A DNA stretch of 31,651 nucleotides from a bacterium (GTDB lineage: Bacteria; Patescibacteriota; 4484-211; GCA-002791395): the NCBI GenBank assembly GCA_027002475.1, contig JALWZS010000001.1:1-31651 (forward strand). The letters are read 5' to 3'. The notes beneath the pieces were generated by a model. The model was given only the letters and a program-made list of their open reading frames with translations, searched no databases and was not told the DNA's origin. Below, one piece after another: positions 1 to 8,533 of the stretch. The position numbers were made by a program, and so were the translations under genes. How positions within the stretch are numbered: the first letter of the stretch is position 1; every line of letters begins with the position of its first letter.

Positions 1-1
1 C

Positions 2-919
2 CTTAAATCTGGAGACGTTGTTGTCACAACCGAGATGGAGCATCACTCAAACTATCTGCCGTGGCTCAGGCTTAAAAAGCAAAAAGGAATTAACCTAGTT
101 GTTCTACCTTTCACTAAGGAGTATAGGTTAGACTTTAAGTACCTTTTACGTAGAAATCTGCCAAAAAAGAAAATTAAACTTGTTGCGATAACTCATGCAT
201 CAAACGTTTTTGGAACAGTAAACCCTATTAAAGAGATAATTAGTTATTACAAGTCTGAAGGGATTAATGCGAGGTTTGTTGTGGATGCAGCACAGTCTGC
301 CCCACATATTAAAGTTGATGTACAGGATTTGGGGTGTGACTTTTTGGCGTTTTCATCGCACAAGATGCTAGGTCCTGCTGGCGTTGGAGTGTTGTGGGCA
401 AAGAAAGAGCTTTTAAGCGAGACGGAACCACTTTTTGTTGGTGGGCATATGATTGAGCGAGTAACCAGAAACGAAGTTACGTATGCTCCACCTCCTGCAA
501 AGTTTGAGGCAGGAACAGGAAGGCTTGAAAGTGTTGTTGGGTTAGGAGCCGCAATAGATTACTTAAACCAGCTAGGCATGAATAATATTAAAGAGTATGA
601 AACTAAGCTGACAAACTATGCCCTGCAACGGTTTAATGAACTGACGGGGGTTTCTTTGATTGGTCCGAGGGATTTTAGTAATAGACTTGCCGTTTTTTCT
701 TTTATTATTCACGGAGTTCATCCTCATGATGTTGCAGAAATTTTAAATGAGCAAGGGATTGCAGTTAGAGCGGGACACCACTGCGCACAACCAATAATGA
801 TTAGTTGTGATATTGATGGAACAACAAGAGCATCACTTTACATTTACAATACTAAAGACGACATAGATAAATTAATTGCAGGAACACGCAGAGTAATGGA
901 GGTGTTTCATCCTAAGTAA
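2..919 (+). CDS. sufS: Cysteine desulfurase (class V aminotransferase, SufS/NifS-like), 5' partial
   Basis: The frame is open from the window edge. It carries a SSHKMLGP PLP-lysine region and the C-terminal RAGHHCAQP motif typical of cysteine desulfurases. Confidence 0.85.
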   Translation, partial: LKSGDVVVTTEMEHHSNYLPWLRLKKQKGINLVVLPFTKEYRLDFKYLLRRNLPKKKIKLVAITHASNVFGTVNPIKEIISYYKSEGINARFVVDAAQSAPHIKVDVQDLGCDFLAFSSHKMLGPAGVGVLWAKKELLSETEPLFVGGHMIERVTRNEVTYAPPPAKFEAGTGRLESVVGLGAAIDYLNQLGMNNIKEYETKLTNYALQRFNELTGVSLIGPRDFSNRLAVFSFIIHGVHPHDVAEILNEQGIAVRAGHHCAQPIMISCDIDGTTRASLYIYNTKDDIDKLIAGTRRVMEVFHPK

Positions 920-1045
920 CAAACAACGATCTAAAATTGCAAACAATACTAAAGAGACTCTTAACGTAGCCAAGAAGACTGCTTCTAGCTACTAATGCTC
1001 TTTAAATGTTCATGGGTTGTGATTTGATATTTGTAATTTGAACAT

Positions 1046-1432
1046 ATGTCTGACTCAATATACAAACAAAAAATCTTAGACTACATCGACGATCCAATAA
1101 ATAGTGGACAAATAAAAAAGCCTGACTTAAGGGCACATAAAAGTAATCCGCTATGTGGTGACGAGGTGGACATAACTATTCGACTTGACGGTGACGTGAT
1201 TAAAGATATTAAGTTTTCGTCTAAAGGATGCGCAATTTCAAAGGCGTATGCTTCCATGGCAACGGAGTTGGTTCAAGGTAAAACCTTAAAAGATATTCGA
1301 AAGATGACAGATGAGGATATTGTAAAAGAATTAAATATATGCTTAACTCCAGCTAGATTAAAGTGCGCTCTTCTTGGCTTTAGGACGATTAAAAAGGCAG
1401 CTGATGAAAAAAGCCGTCATCATGAGGAATGA
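1046..1432 (+). CDS. sufU: SufU/IscU-type Fe-S cluster scaffold (NifU N-terminal-like)
   Basis: NPLCGDEV, SKGCAISKAYASMATE and KCALLG motifs match SufU. ATG start at 1046, immediately downstream of sufS. Confidence 0.8.
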   Translation: MSDSIYKQKILDYIDDPINSGQIKKPDLRAHKSNPLCGDEVDITIRLDGDVIKDIKFSSKGCAISKAYASMATELVQGKTLKDIRKMTDEDIVKELNICLTPARLKCALLGFRTIKKAADEKSRHHEE

Positions 1433-1463
1433 AATGACGCGGCGTCTTTAGGCATAAATATCG

Positions 1464-1673
1464 CTAGCTTTCTGCTTGCTCCCATGCTTCTAGACTTTCC
1501 TTAGCTGCTTGTTCTTCTATCTTTTGCAAGATAACTCCCATTTGTACACGCACGAAGTCGCCGACTTTTATGTTCTCATCACCAACAAATGCGGTTTGGG
1601 TGGTATGCGGGTACTTGATTTCAGCTTTTCTGCCTTCAATTTTTACTACTTTACCTGGAATTGCAATACACAT
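1464..1673 (-). CDS. hypC: [NiFe]-hydrogenase assembly chaperone HypC/HupF
   Basis: N-terminal MCIAIP signature and a VGDFVRVQMGV segment matching the HypC C-terminal core. The size (69 aa) fits the family. Confidence 0.85.
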   Translation of the reverse strand: MCIAIPGKVVKIEGRKAEIKYPHTTQTAFVGDENIKVGDFVRVQMGVILQKIEEQAAKESLEAWEQAES

Positions 1674-1681
1674 ATACTAAA

Positions 1682-1704
1682 GGTGTCCACGAATAGTGTA
1701 CACC
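1682..1704. promoter_or_regulatory. 23-bp near-palindrome in the divergent hypC/hydrogenase intergenic region (candidate operator)
   Basis: GGTGTCCAC-GAATA-GTGTACACC gives 8/9 matching arm positions. It lies between the hypC start (1673) and the small-subunit start (1712). Confidence 0.3.
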
Positions 1705-1711
1705 AGCTACT

Positions 1712-2233
1712 ATGAGTGATAAAGCCCCAAATGGGAAAAAGAAAATGGCAGTTGGATGGTTCTCTTTTACCTGTTGTGAGGATAGTACTGTTCTTTTTAC
1801 AGAGCTTCTTAATGAAAACTATGACGAGTGGCGGAAGCTTGTTAATTTTCAGCACGTCAAAGCATTAAAAACCGACAACAAATTAGAAGGGTTGGACGTT
1901 GCGTTTGTTGAAGGTGCAATCTCGGCTCCAAGCCAAGAAAAAGAGCTTAAAGAAATCAGGGCAAACGCTAAATACCTTGTGGCGATTGGTTCGTGTGCAA
2001 GTACGGGGTTGCCATCAGCCAGCAGGAATGAATTTAGTGAAGATGACAAAACAGATAGAATCCGTTGGTATTTTGAGACGTTTGATTATGGTGAAAAGGT
2101 GAAACGACTTGACGAAGTTGTTAAGGTGGACGATTATGTAAAAGGATGCCCAATGAATGTGGATGTGTTCTTAGGGGTTCTAACTAAATATTTGCAGAAG
2201 TTTGGGTTGGTAGATAAGGACGTTACAAGTTAG
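1712..2233 (+). CDS. [NiFe]-hydrogenase small subunit (single proximal-cluster type, NuoB-like motif set)
   Basis: The proximal 4Fe-4S ligand motifs are FTCCEDS, GSCASTG and GCP. An alternative ATG lies at 1745 (MAVGWF...). The gene sits directly upstream of the large subunit. Confidence 0.75.
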   Translation: MSDKAPNGKKKMAVGWFSFTCCEDSTVLFTELLNENYDEWRKLVNFQHVKALKTDNKLEGLDVAFVEGAISAPSQEKELKEIRANAKYLVAIGSCASTGLPSASRNEFSEDDKTDRIRWYFETFDYGEKVKRLDEVVKVDDYVKGCPMNVDVFLGVLTKYLQKFGLVDKDVTS

Positions 2234-2315
2234 ATGTTTGTGGCGTCTTATTGCGGGTAAGAATCAAAAGCCATTGGACTGCCACGCTTCGCTCGCAGTG
2301 CCGTGGAATAATAAG

Positions 2316-3620
2316 ATGCATTCTGGGAATATAACAATAGAAAACATAACTAAAGTTGAAGGATCGGCTGGTCTTGAGGTAACTGTAGAAAACGGGCAGG
2401 TAAAGGATTTAAAGTTTAAGATTCAAGATTACCGACGTTTTTACACCGACGCTGTCAAAGGAAAACCGTTTATATCAGTACCGCTATTTTTATCTAGGAT
2501 TTGTGGGACCTGTTCTGTTGCGCATCTTTTTGCTTCCATTAAGGCCATTGAGAAAACACAGGGAATTGAGGTTAGCGAACAAACAAAGATACTACGTCGT
2601 CTTGCATATGACGCCTTGATGATTCGTGACCATGCGTTACACCTTTACTTTTTCGTCTTGCCTGATGTTTTGGGGATTGATTCAATCCTTGATATACCTG
2701 AGGATCATGACAATCCAGCACATATCCTTTTGCACGACTCCTTTGATATAAAGAAGGTAGGTTCCAAGATATCGGAGGCAATTATTGGTGCTGTGGTACA
2801 TGCACCTTATCCAACACCAGGTGGGTTTATTAAATTGCCCGACGATTCAATTTTTCCTGAGCTTATTGAGGATCTAGAAAAGATTCGTCCGCAGGTTATT
2901 CGAGGGATTAAGTTCTTTGCGAACTGGAAAGAGGAATTTATTAGAAACTCTGACTACTTAGCTCTTAGCTCAAATGAGCGTTATGCATTTTTAGAGGGAG
3001 ATGTTGTAAATAGCTCAGGTCGTAGAGTGGGGGAAGATAACTTCTACGACTTTTTAAGGTCTGTCGTTATCCCTTACTCGCAAGCTGAAGGATATGTGTT
3101 TTCTGATGTTCACGAGGACTATTTTGTGGGTTCACTTGCTAGACTTAACTTTAATAAAGACAAACTTAACGAATTTACTAAGCGAGATATTGCAAAATAC
3201 TTGGACTTATTCCCATCTGATAACATACATCACAACGATTTGGCACAAGCAATTGAGATCTTGCATTGTGTCGATGATGCTATAGATATCCTGAAAAACC
3301 TTAAGATAAAAGACGAGAAACCAATTAGGAAGGCGCCACAAAAGGGTAGAGGTGTTGGGGTTGTCGAGGCACCTAGAGGCATTTTGTACCATATGGCAGA
3401 AACTGATGAAAAGGGCATGATAGTTGATTATGATGTTATTGTCCCTACTTCACAAAACCAGATAAACATAGAAAACGACTTAAAAAAGTACTTTAATGAG
3501 AATATTGGTACAAAAAGTCGGGAGGAGCTTAAATTTGATGCTGAAAAGATAATACGAGCTTATGATCCTTGCATGTCTTGTGCTACCAACTTCCTTAAGA
3601 TGGAGTGGATTGATTCTTGA
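2316..3620 (+). CDS. [NiFe]-hydrogenase large subunit
   Basis: L1 motif RICGTCSVAH and L2 motif DPCMSCATN, with a 9-residue C-terminal tail. The N-terminal region (VEGSAG ... YRRFYTDAVKG) has a group 1-3-like architecture. The ATG at 2316 is preferred over the TTG at 2238. Confidence 0.8.
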   Translation: MHSGNITIENITKVEGSAGLEVTVENGQVKDLKFKIQDYRRFYTDAVKGKPFISVPLFLSRICGTCSVAHLFASIKAIEKTQGIEVSEQTKILRRLAYDALMIRDHALHLYFFVLPDVLGIDSILDIPEDHDNPAHILLHDSFDIKKVGSKISEAIIGAVVHAPYPTPGGFIKLPDDSIFPELIEDLEKIRPQVIRGIKFFANWKEEFIRNSDYLALSSNERYAFLEGDVVNSSGRRVGEDNFYDFLRSVVIPYSQAEGYVFSDVHEDYFVGSLARLNFNKDKLNEFTKRDIAKYLDLFPSDNIHHNDLAQAIEILHCVDDAIDILKNLKIKDEKPIRKAPQKGRGVGVVEAPRGILYHMAETDEKGMIVDYDVIVPTSQNQINIENDLKKYFNENIGTKSREELKFDAEKIIRAYDPCMSCATNFLKMEWIDS

Positions 3621-3955
3621 GGGATAGGCTTTCCCATAGGGATACCAATTATGGTTAGGCGTTTAAGCTTACCTAGTTTCTTTAAGTATTTTAGTTGAAA
3701 ATTAAGGTCAAAGTCATGTGCGGAAACTCTTGGTGAAAGCGCTAGGTTGTCAATCGCACTTTCATCAAATAGTGTTACTTTTTCTAAGCCTTGTACTGTG
3801 TCCATAATGACAACATGAGGCTCGTCGTCAAAGGGTAAATCCTCGTTGGGCTTAACAAAGCGCCAAGTAATTCCTTTAATATTTGTTGATGTAGCAATCT
3901 CAAGTGGCTTAGAATCAATTACTACGTCTGGATTTCCAAAGACGTAAATAGTCAT
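3560..3955 (-). CDS. Hydrogenase maturation endopeptidase (HycI/HoxW/FrhD family)
   Basis: Matches the family at VFGNPDVVIDS near the N-terminus and at VIMDTVQG and SAHDFDL. It is convergent with the large subunit and overlaps it by 61 nt. Confidence 0.65.
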   Translation of the reverse strand: MTIYVFGNPDVVIDSKPLEIATSTNIKGITWRFVKPNEDLPFDDEPHVVIMDTVQGLEKVTLFDESAIDNLALSPRVSAHDFDLNFQLKYLKKLGKLKRLTIIGIPMGKPIPQESIHSILRKLVAQDMQGS

Positions 3956-4023
3956 AATCTAATTGTAGCAGTCGATTTAAGAGCGAATCTCTTAAACTGC
4001 TTAATATATGTTAGGATGAAAAC

Positions 4024-4734
4024 GTGGATATAAAGGCTTTGCAGCTTGCATGTAGGTTTGCGCTGCCTCCTAATGCTAAAGGGTATTGTGGTAGGAACAG
4101 TGCTCCTGCAAAATTCATAAAGTGCATAGAGCAGGGGAGCTGTGAAGAAGTGATGGAAGAGATTGAAAAATTTATTGTTTTGCACCCATACCTTAAAACA
4201 ATTGCTGATATTGTTGAAAAAAATAAATTCGACTACGATGTTATAGAGGCGTATTGGCTAGGAAACGACCTGTTAAAAAAGATAAAACCTTTTCATTATG
4301 ATTTACTTTTAGAAAACTTTGCGAAACAAGGAGTACCCGATTTTTTTATTAAGACTTTACAAGAAGAAAAACCCAAAGGGTTTGTACCAACACATCTTTT
4401 TCAAGTGATACATGTAGGTGTGGGGCGAGCAAGCGGTGTGGTCCCGTTTAATCTTGCAAGCATCAATGAATGTATGATTCGGTGGGGTAAAGTGCTAGAG
4501 ATAAATAATAAGTCTGCTTTAGTTTTAATAAATAGTCTTAAGCAGGAGGCTAAAATGTATGTTTTGGCTACTGAAGAAGTTACTATAAATCTTGAAAGCG
4601 GACTAGAAAGCAATTTGCAAGTTGGGCAGGCAGTTGCAGTTCATTGGGGAAATATTATAAAAGTTCTGAATGATGTTGAGATAGAAAAAATAGAATTTTG
4701 GACTAATAAAACGCTTGATGCTTGTAATCAGTAA
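4024..4734 (+). CDS. Hypothetical protein; N-terminus is Cys-rich and the C-terminal segment resembles the HypC core
   Basis: 236-aa ORF with a GTG start. Cysteines occur in GYCGRN...CIEQGSCEE. The C-terminal VGQAVAVHWGNIIKVL...EIEKIE resembles HypC VGDYVLVHVGFAIEKI. I did not recognise a known family. Confidence 0.45.
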   Translation: MDIKALQLACRFALPPNAKGYCGRNSAPAKFIKCIEQGSCEEVMEEIEKFIVLHPYLKTIADIVEKNKFDYDVIEAYWLGNDLLKKIKPFHYDLLLENFAKQGVPDFFIKTLQEEKPKGFVPTHLFQVIHVGVGRASGVVPFNLASINECMIRWGKVLEINNKSALVLINSLKQEAKMYVLATEEVTINLESGLESNLQVGQAVAVHWGNIIKVLNDVEIEKIEFWTNKTLDACNQ

Positions 4735-5633
4735 GCGGCTATTTGCTGTGGCTCGCTTGCTAAAGTTGCTTTATAAATAAGCCAGACACCTACCCCCACA
4801 AGTACTAATTGTGATAAGAACCCTTCGTTTAGTGTATGTGTGACAAAGAACGCTGAAAGAATGTTAGTGATTATTGTTGCTCCAACTAGGATTGACGCGA
4901 CCGTGATTGCAGGGGCATATTTTAGTGCTCTGTACCAAGTGGTTACATAAAGAAGAAGCGTTGACATAGTAATAACCATCCAAAACGCTTGTTCTGAGGA
5001 GATTTGTTTAAGACTACTAAGTGAAAACGAGCCGCTTATTGTCGCTATCAGGAGCAAAATTACTGCTCCGCCTGCCATTCTCGCAGTTGCTAATACATCC
5101 GGATCGAGCTTTTTTAACGCTTTTTTAGCAATGATTGTTTCTACTGCCCAAAGAATGGTTGCTGATAATACCATTAGCTCTCCTGTACTATATGTAAGAC
5201 CTTTAAATCCCCCGATCATGAAGTTGCTAATAAACAAAACCGTAACAGCAATAATCTTTGAAATAGTTGGCTTTTCTTTTAAGAAAAAGATGGCTAAAAT
5301 TGCTACCCAAATAACAAGCGTTTTGTGTATAAGTGCTGCATTTATTGCAGGAATAATTGATAGACCAGTAAAGAAAAGGTAAAAAGGCAAAGCCCCACCA
5401 ATTACAGCAATACTAACAAGAAGCAATTTTTGCTGCTTATTCACATGCAAGAGTGTTCGCCATTTTGCGGTTGCTAATATCCAAATAAGTAAAATCAGTC
5501 CAACACCGGCGTTTTTAATGGCTGTGAATGCGATTGGAGGTGTAATAGCGCCGACTGCAAACTTATTAACAAAAATTGCAATACCAGAAACAAGGGCTGT
5601 TAAAAAAGCTAACTTAACTCCTCGCTTAACCAT
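4728..5633 (-). CDS. DMT-superfamily (EamA-like) transporter
   Basis: About 10 predicted TM helices across 301 aa with a duplicated 5-TM architecture, and a glycine-rich hydrophobic composition. Confidence 0.6.
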   Translation of the reverse strand: MVKRGVKLAFLTALVSGIAIFVNKFAVGAITPPIAFTAIKNAGVGLILLIWILATAKWRTLLHVNKQQKLLLVSIAVIGGALPFYLFFTGLSIIPAINAALIHKTLVIWVAILAIFFLKEKPTISKIIAVTVLFISNFMIGGFKGLTYSTGELMVLSATILWAVETIIAKKALKKLDPDVLATARMAGGAVILLLIATISGSFSLSSLKQISSEQAFWMVITMSTLLLYVTTWYRALKYAPAITVASILVGATIITNILSAFFVTHTLNEGFLSQLVLVGVGVWLIYKATLASEPQQIAAY

Positions 5634-5679
5634 CCTATCTTGTTTATATTACAAACAAACTCCTATCGCAAATTGAGGG

Positions 5680-5931
5680 TTACGCGGGCCAGAGTTGTTC
5701 GCCGGTTTCGATATCTTTTACAATAATCGCCTTTACTGGGCAAGCTTGCGCAGCCATTAGGATTGTGTCTGGAAGATCAGAAGTCTCCTCATTCATTACT
5801 GCAATGTTGTTTTCATCTAGCTCGAATGTGTCGGGAGCCATTGCAACACATGTTGCCGCACCAATACAAACATCTCTTAGTAAAGTAACCTCGTATTTTC
5901 CGACCTTTATTACTTGTGTATTATCTGCCAT
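5680..5931 (-). CDS. Small ferredoxin (single [4Fe-4S]/[3Fe-4S] cluster type)
   Basis: CIGAATC...P...ACPVKAI motifs as in Pyrococcus-type ferredoxin. The ATG start is preceded by AAGGAGGTG with a 7-nt spacer. Confidence 0.75.
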   Translation of the reverse strand: MADNTQVIKVGKYEVTLLRDVCIGAATCVAMAPDTFELDENNIAVMNEETSDLPDTILMAAQACPVKAIIVKDIETGEQLWPA

Positions 5932-5948
5932 CAACTTACACCTCCTTT

Positions 5949-6806
5949 TTAACTATATGACTTTAGAATCTCTTTTAACCCATCTCGTTTAATTGGGATT
6001 TTAACAATTGGTGTTTGTTTTAATTGTGGGAAGTGTGACTCATTAGTTGGTTTTTCTACTTCATAAAATATACCAACAGGAATGTCATTTTCACCAAACT
6101 CCATTGCTTTCATAAATGCTGCTGCCTTATCTGTCCTGTCCCAGTCGTCAGGTAACGGAGTTGTGTTTTGTTGATAAAAAGTGTGAGTACAAACTTTGTG
6201 GAATGTAACGCAGGGTTGTAGTACGTCAATTATTGCGATTCCTTTGTGCTTGTTGGCCTTAATGAGTATCTCTTTTAGGTTTTTAATGTCACCTGAATAA
6301 ACTCTGGCAACAAATGTTGCGCCTGACGCAATTGCAAGCGCTGCTGGTGAAAACGGTTTGTCTGGGTTACCAAACGGTGTTGATTTAGTCGGATATCCTT
6401 GTTGAGTAGTTGGTGATGTTTGACCTGTTGTTAGCGAGTAAAGCTCGTTGTCATGAATAACTACTGTAATGTCATGATTACGCCTGCATGCGTGGATAAA
6501 GTGGTTTCCGCCTTCACCCATACAGCCACCGTCTCCGATGAAAGAAAATACATTAAGTTTATGGTTTGCCATTTTTATGCCTTCTGCAACTGGAAGTGCA
6601 CGACCATGTAATCCTTCAACCGAATTGATTTTTGTAAAGTTAACGATATGACCATTACAGCCAATATCTGCAGTCATTGCGGTGTTGGTATTATCCCAGC
6701 CTTGCTCTACTGCTGCATTTTTAAATGCTGCCCAAATTGTGTAGTTGCCGCATCCTGGACACCAGTTTGGTTGGTGTGGTGTTGCTAAATCAGCTAGCGT
6801 TGTCAT
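5949..6806 (-). CDS. 2-oxoacid:ferredoxin oxidoreductase beta subunit (TPP-binding)
   Basis: N-terminal WCPGCGN plus GDGG motifs. Its start overlaps the stop of the alpha subunit (ATGA). Confidence 0.85.
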   Translation of the reverse strand: MTTLADLATPHQPNWCPGCGNYTIWAAFKNAAVEQGWDNTNTAMTADIGCNGHIVNFTKINSVEGLHGRALPVAEGIKMANHKLNVFSFIGDGGCMGEGGNHFIHACRRNHDITVVIHDNELYSLTTGQTSPTTQQGYPTKSTPFGNPDKPFSPAALAIASGATFVARVYSGDIKNLKEILIKANKHKGIAIIDVLQPCVTFHKVCTHTFYQQNTTPLPDDWDRTDKAAAFMKAMEFGENDIPVGIFYEVEKPTNESHFPQLKQTPIVKIPIKRDGLKEILKSYS

Positions 6807-8533
6807 GAACTTACTCCTTTCTTTAGTACTTCTTCTATTTTATTTTGAATCTCCTTTGGATAAAATGGACGACCGTCGTATTTAAGTAACGTGTCATCAA
6901 CTACAAATCCAGTTTTTTCGCGAAGTAATCCGGTAAAGTGAGCGCCATAGTTTAACTCAGCACTAATTGTGTATTTTGCCTTTTCTAGCATTCTAGTTAG
7001 AGCCTGCGTTGGGAAGGGGTTCATCCACTTTACTTGGATAAAGTTGACATTGTCGTATTTTTCAATTGCTTGCAAGATTGCACCTTTGGTACTACCCCAA
7101 GAAATTATTGTAATGTCTGCATTTTCTGGGCCGTGCAGAACTGGTTCTTCCATGTCTTCTCTTGCACATGTTTCAAGCTTTCTCATGCGTTTTCGCATTT
7201 GGGTGTTTCGATTATCGATCTCTTCGCTTGAGTAACCGTATTCATCATGCTCGTCTGAGTTGGCAATAAAGAAGTTGCCGACACCAGCAGCTGAACGCAC
7301 GGAAATACCATCTTCGCTATCTGCGTAGCGTTTGTAGTTAGGAGTTGGCTCCATAGTAAACTTACCTCGATCTATCTTGTAGTCAGAGTAGTCAAAGTAT
7401 GGATAGTTTTGGTCGCTTTCACAAAGGTCTTTGTCGATGAGTACCACAACTGTAGTTTGGTACTTTTCTGCCAAATTAAACGCTTGCATTGTGGTATAAA
7501 AAACCTCTTTAGTATCACCAGGTGTTAGAACAATTCTTGGAAAGTCGCCTTGATGTGCATGCAAGACCAATCTTAAATCGCTTTGTTCACTCCAAGTTGG
7601 AAGTCCTGTTGCTGGTGCCCCGCGCATTCCTTCGATAATTACAAGTGGCGTTTCTGTAATTCCAGCAAGTCCGTAAGTTTCTGCCATTAAGCTAAACCCG
7701 CCGCCTGAAGTTGCAACCATTGACCTAGCACCTGCAAAAGCTGCTCCAATTGCCATATTCATTGCTGCTATCTCATCTTCCGGTTGTTTGTAAATGTAGT
7801 TAAACTCTTCTTGATGACGAGCCAATACATGTAAGATATTGGAGATTGGGGACATTGGGTAAATAGCTGCAAACTGCATACCAGCTGCAATTGCACCAAG
7901 CGCGGCTGCTTCGTTGCCGTTAAGTACCATTTTGTGCTCACCCTTTTCTGCTGGTTCTAGTGGGTTGGTAAATTTGTGTCCAAAGTTCTTGAGAGCAAAA
8001 TCGTAACCTAATTGAGCCGCTTTTTTGTCAGAAGCGACGATTTTTTCACCCTTATCACCAAATTCATCTTCAATGAGCTTAAACATGATGTTTAAATCTC
8101 CTCCCATAATTCCAACAACTGCCCCTAGCGCCACTGTGTTGATTAAAATGTCAGAGCCGCCTGCTTCCTTTGCAAACTGAGCTAGCGGAATAGGGCAAAG
8201 GTGAACAGTTTCAGGAACGTTATCAGTGTTTAATTTTTTGTCGGAATCGAAAAGGAGTCCAGCGCCAGGAGTTAGTTCCTCTAAATGTTTATCTATGGTT
8301 TCTTGATTTAGGGCAATTAAAAAGTCTATCTTGGACTGAGTGGCGGCAACGTTGCCTTTTGATATGTTTACCTGCATTACGTTATGTCCACCTCGAATGA
8401 TTGAGGGGTATTCAACGTGTGTGAAAATGTTATATCCGGATCGGCTGGCAAACCTAGCGAGTAAAATCCCAGAGGCCTTTATACCTTGTCCGGCCATGCC
8501 TCCAATTGTTACTGTAAAGATTTTACTTTCCAC
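6803..8533 (-). CDS. 2-oxoacid:ferredoxin oxidoreductase alpha subunit with a fused N-terminal gamma domain
   Basis: The N-terminus GGMAGQG...EYPSIIRGG is a POR gamma domain, followed by the alpha catalytic domain. The GTG start overlaps the upstream TAG by 1 nt and is preceded by AGAGAGG. Confidence 0.8.
   Translation of the reverse strand: MESKIFTVTIGGMAGQGIKASGILLARFASRSGYNIFTHVEYPSIIRGGHNVMQVNISKGNVAATQSKIDFLIALNQETIDKHLEELTPGAGLLFDSDKKLNTDNVPETVHLCPIPLAQFAKEAGGSDILINTVALGAVVGIMGGDLNIMFKLIEDEFGDKGEKIVASDKKAAQLGYDFALKNFGHKFTNPLEPAEKGEHKMVLNGNEAAALGAIAAGMQFAAIYPMSPISNILHVLARHQEEFNYIYKQPEDEIAAMNMAIGAAFAGARSMVATSGGGFSLMAETYGLAGITETPLVIIEGMRGAPATGLPTWSEQSDLRLVLHAHQGDFPRIVLTPGDTKEVFYTTMQAFNLAEKYQTTVVVLIDKDLCESDQNYPYFDYSDYKIDRGKFTMEPTPNYKRYADSEDGISVRSAAGVGNFFIANSDEHDEYGYSSEEIDNRNTQMRKRMRKLETCAREDMEEPVLHGPENADITIISWGSTKGAILQAIEKYDNVNFIQVKWMNPFPTQALTRMLEKAKYTISAELNYGAHFTGLLREKTGFVVDDTLLKYDGRPFYPKEIQNKIEEVLKKGVSS

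Noticed and set aside
1436-1449. GACGCGGCGTC-TTT hairpin between convergent sufU and hypC as a terminator
   Set aside because: Only a 4-5 bp stem with a 1-3 nt loop and a 3-T tract, which is too weak to call confidently.
2238-2315. Longer hydrogenase large-subunit ORF starting at TTG 2238
   Set aside because: The additional N-terminal 26 residues (MWRLIAGKNQKPLDCHASLAVPWNNK) do not resemble hydrogenase N-termini. ATG 2316 places the conserved VEG motif at the usual distance from the start.
3952-4185. 77-aa minus-strand ORF between the protease and the Cys-rich hypothetical gene
   Set aside because: Low-complexity composition, no RBS or family resemblance, and it overlaps the better-supported plus-strand gene start.
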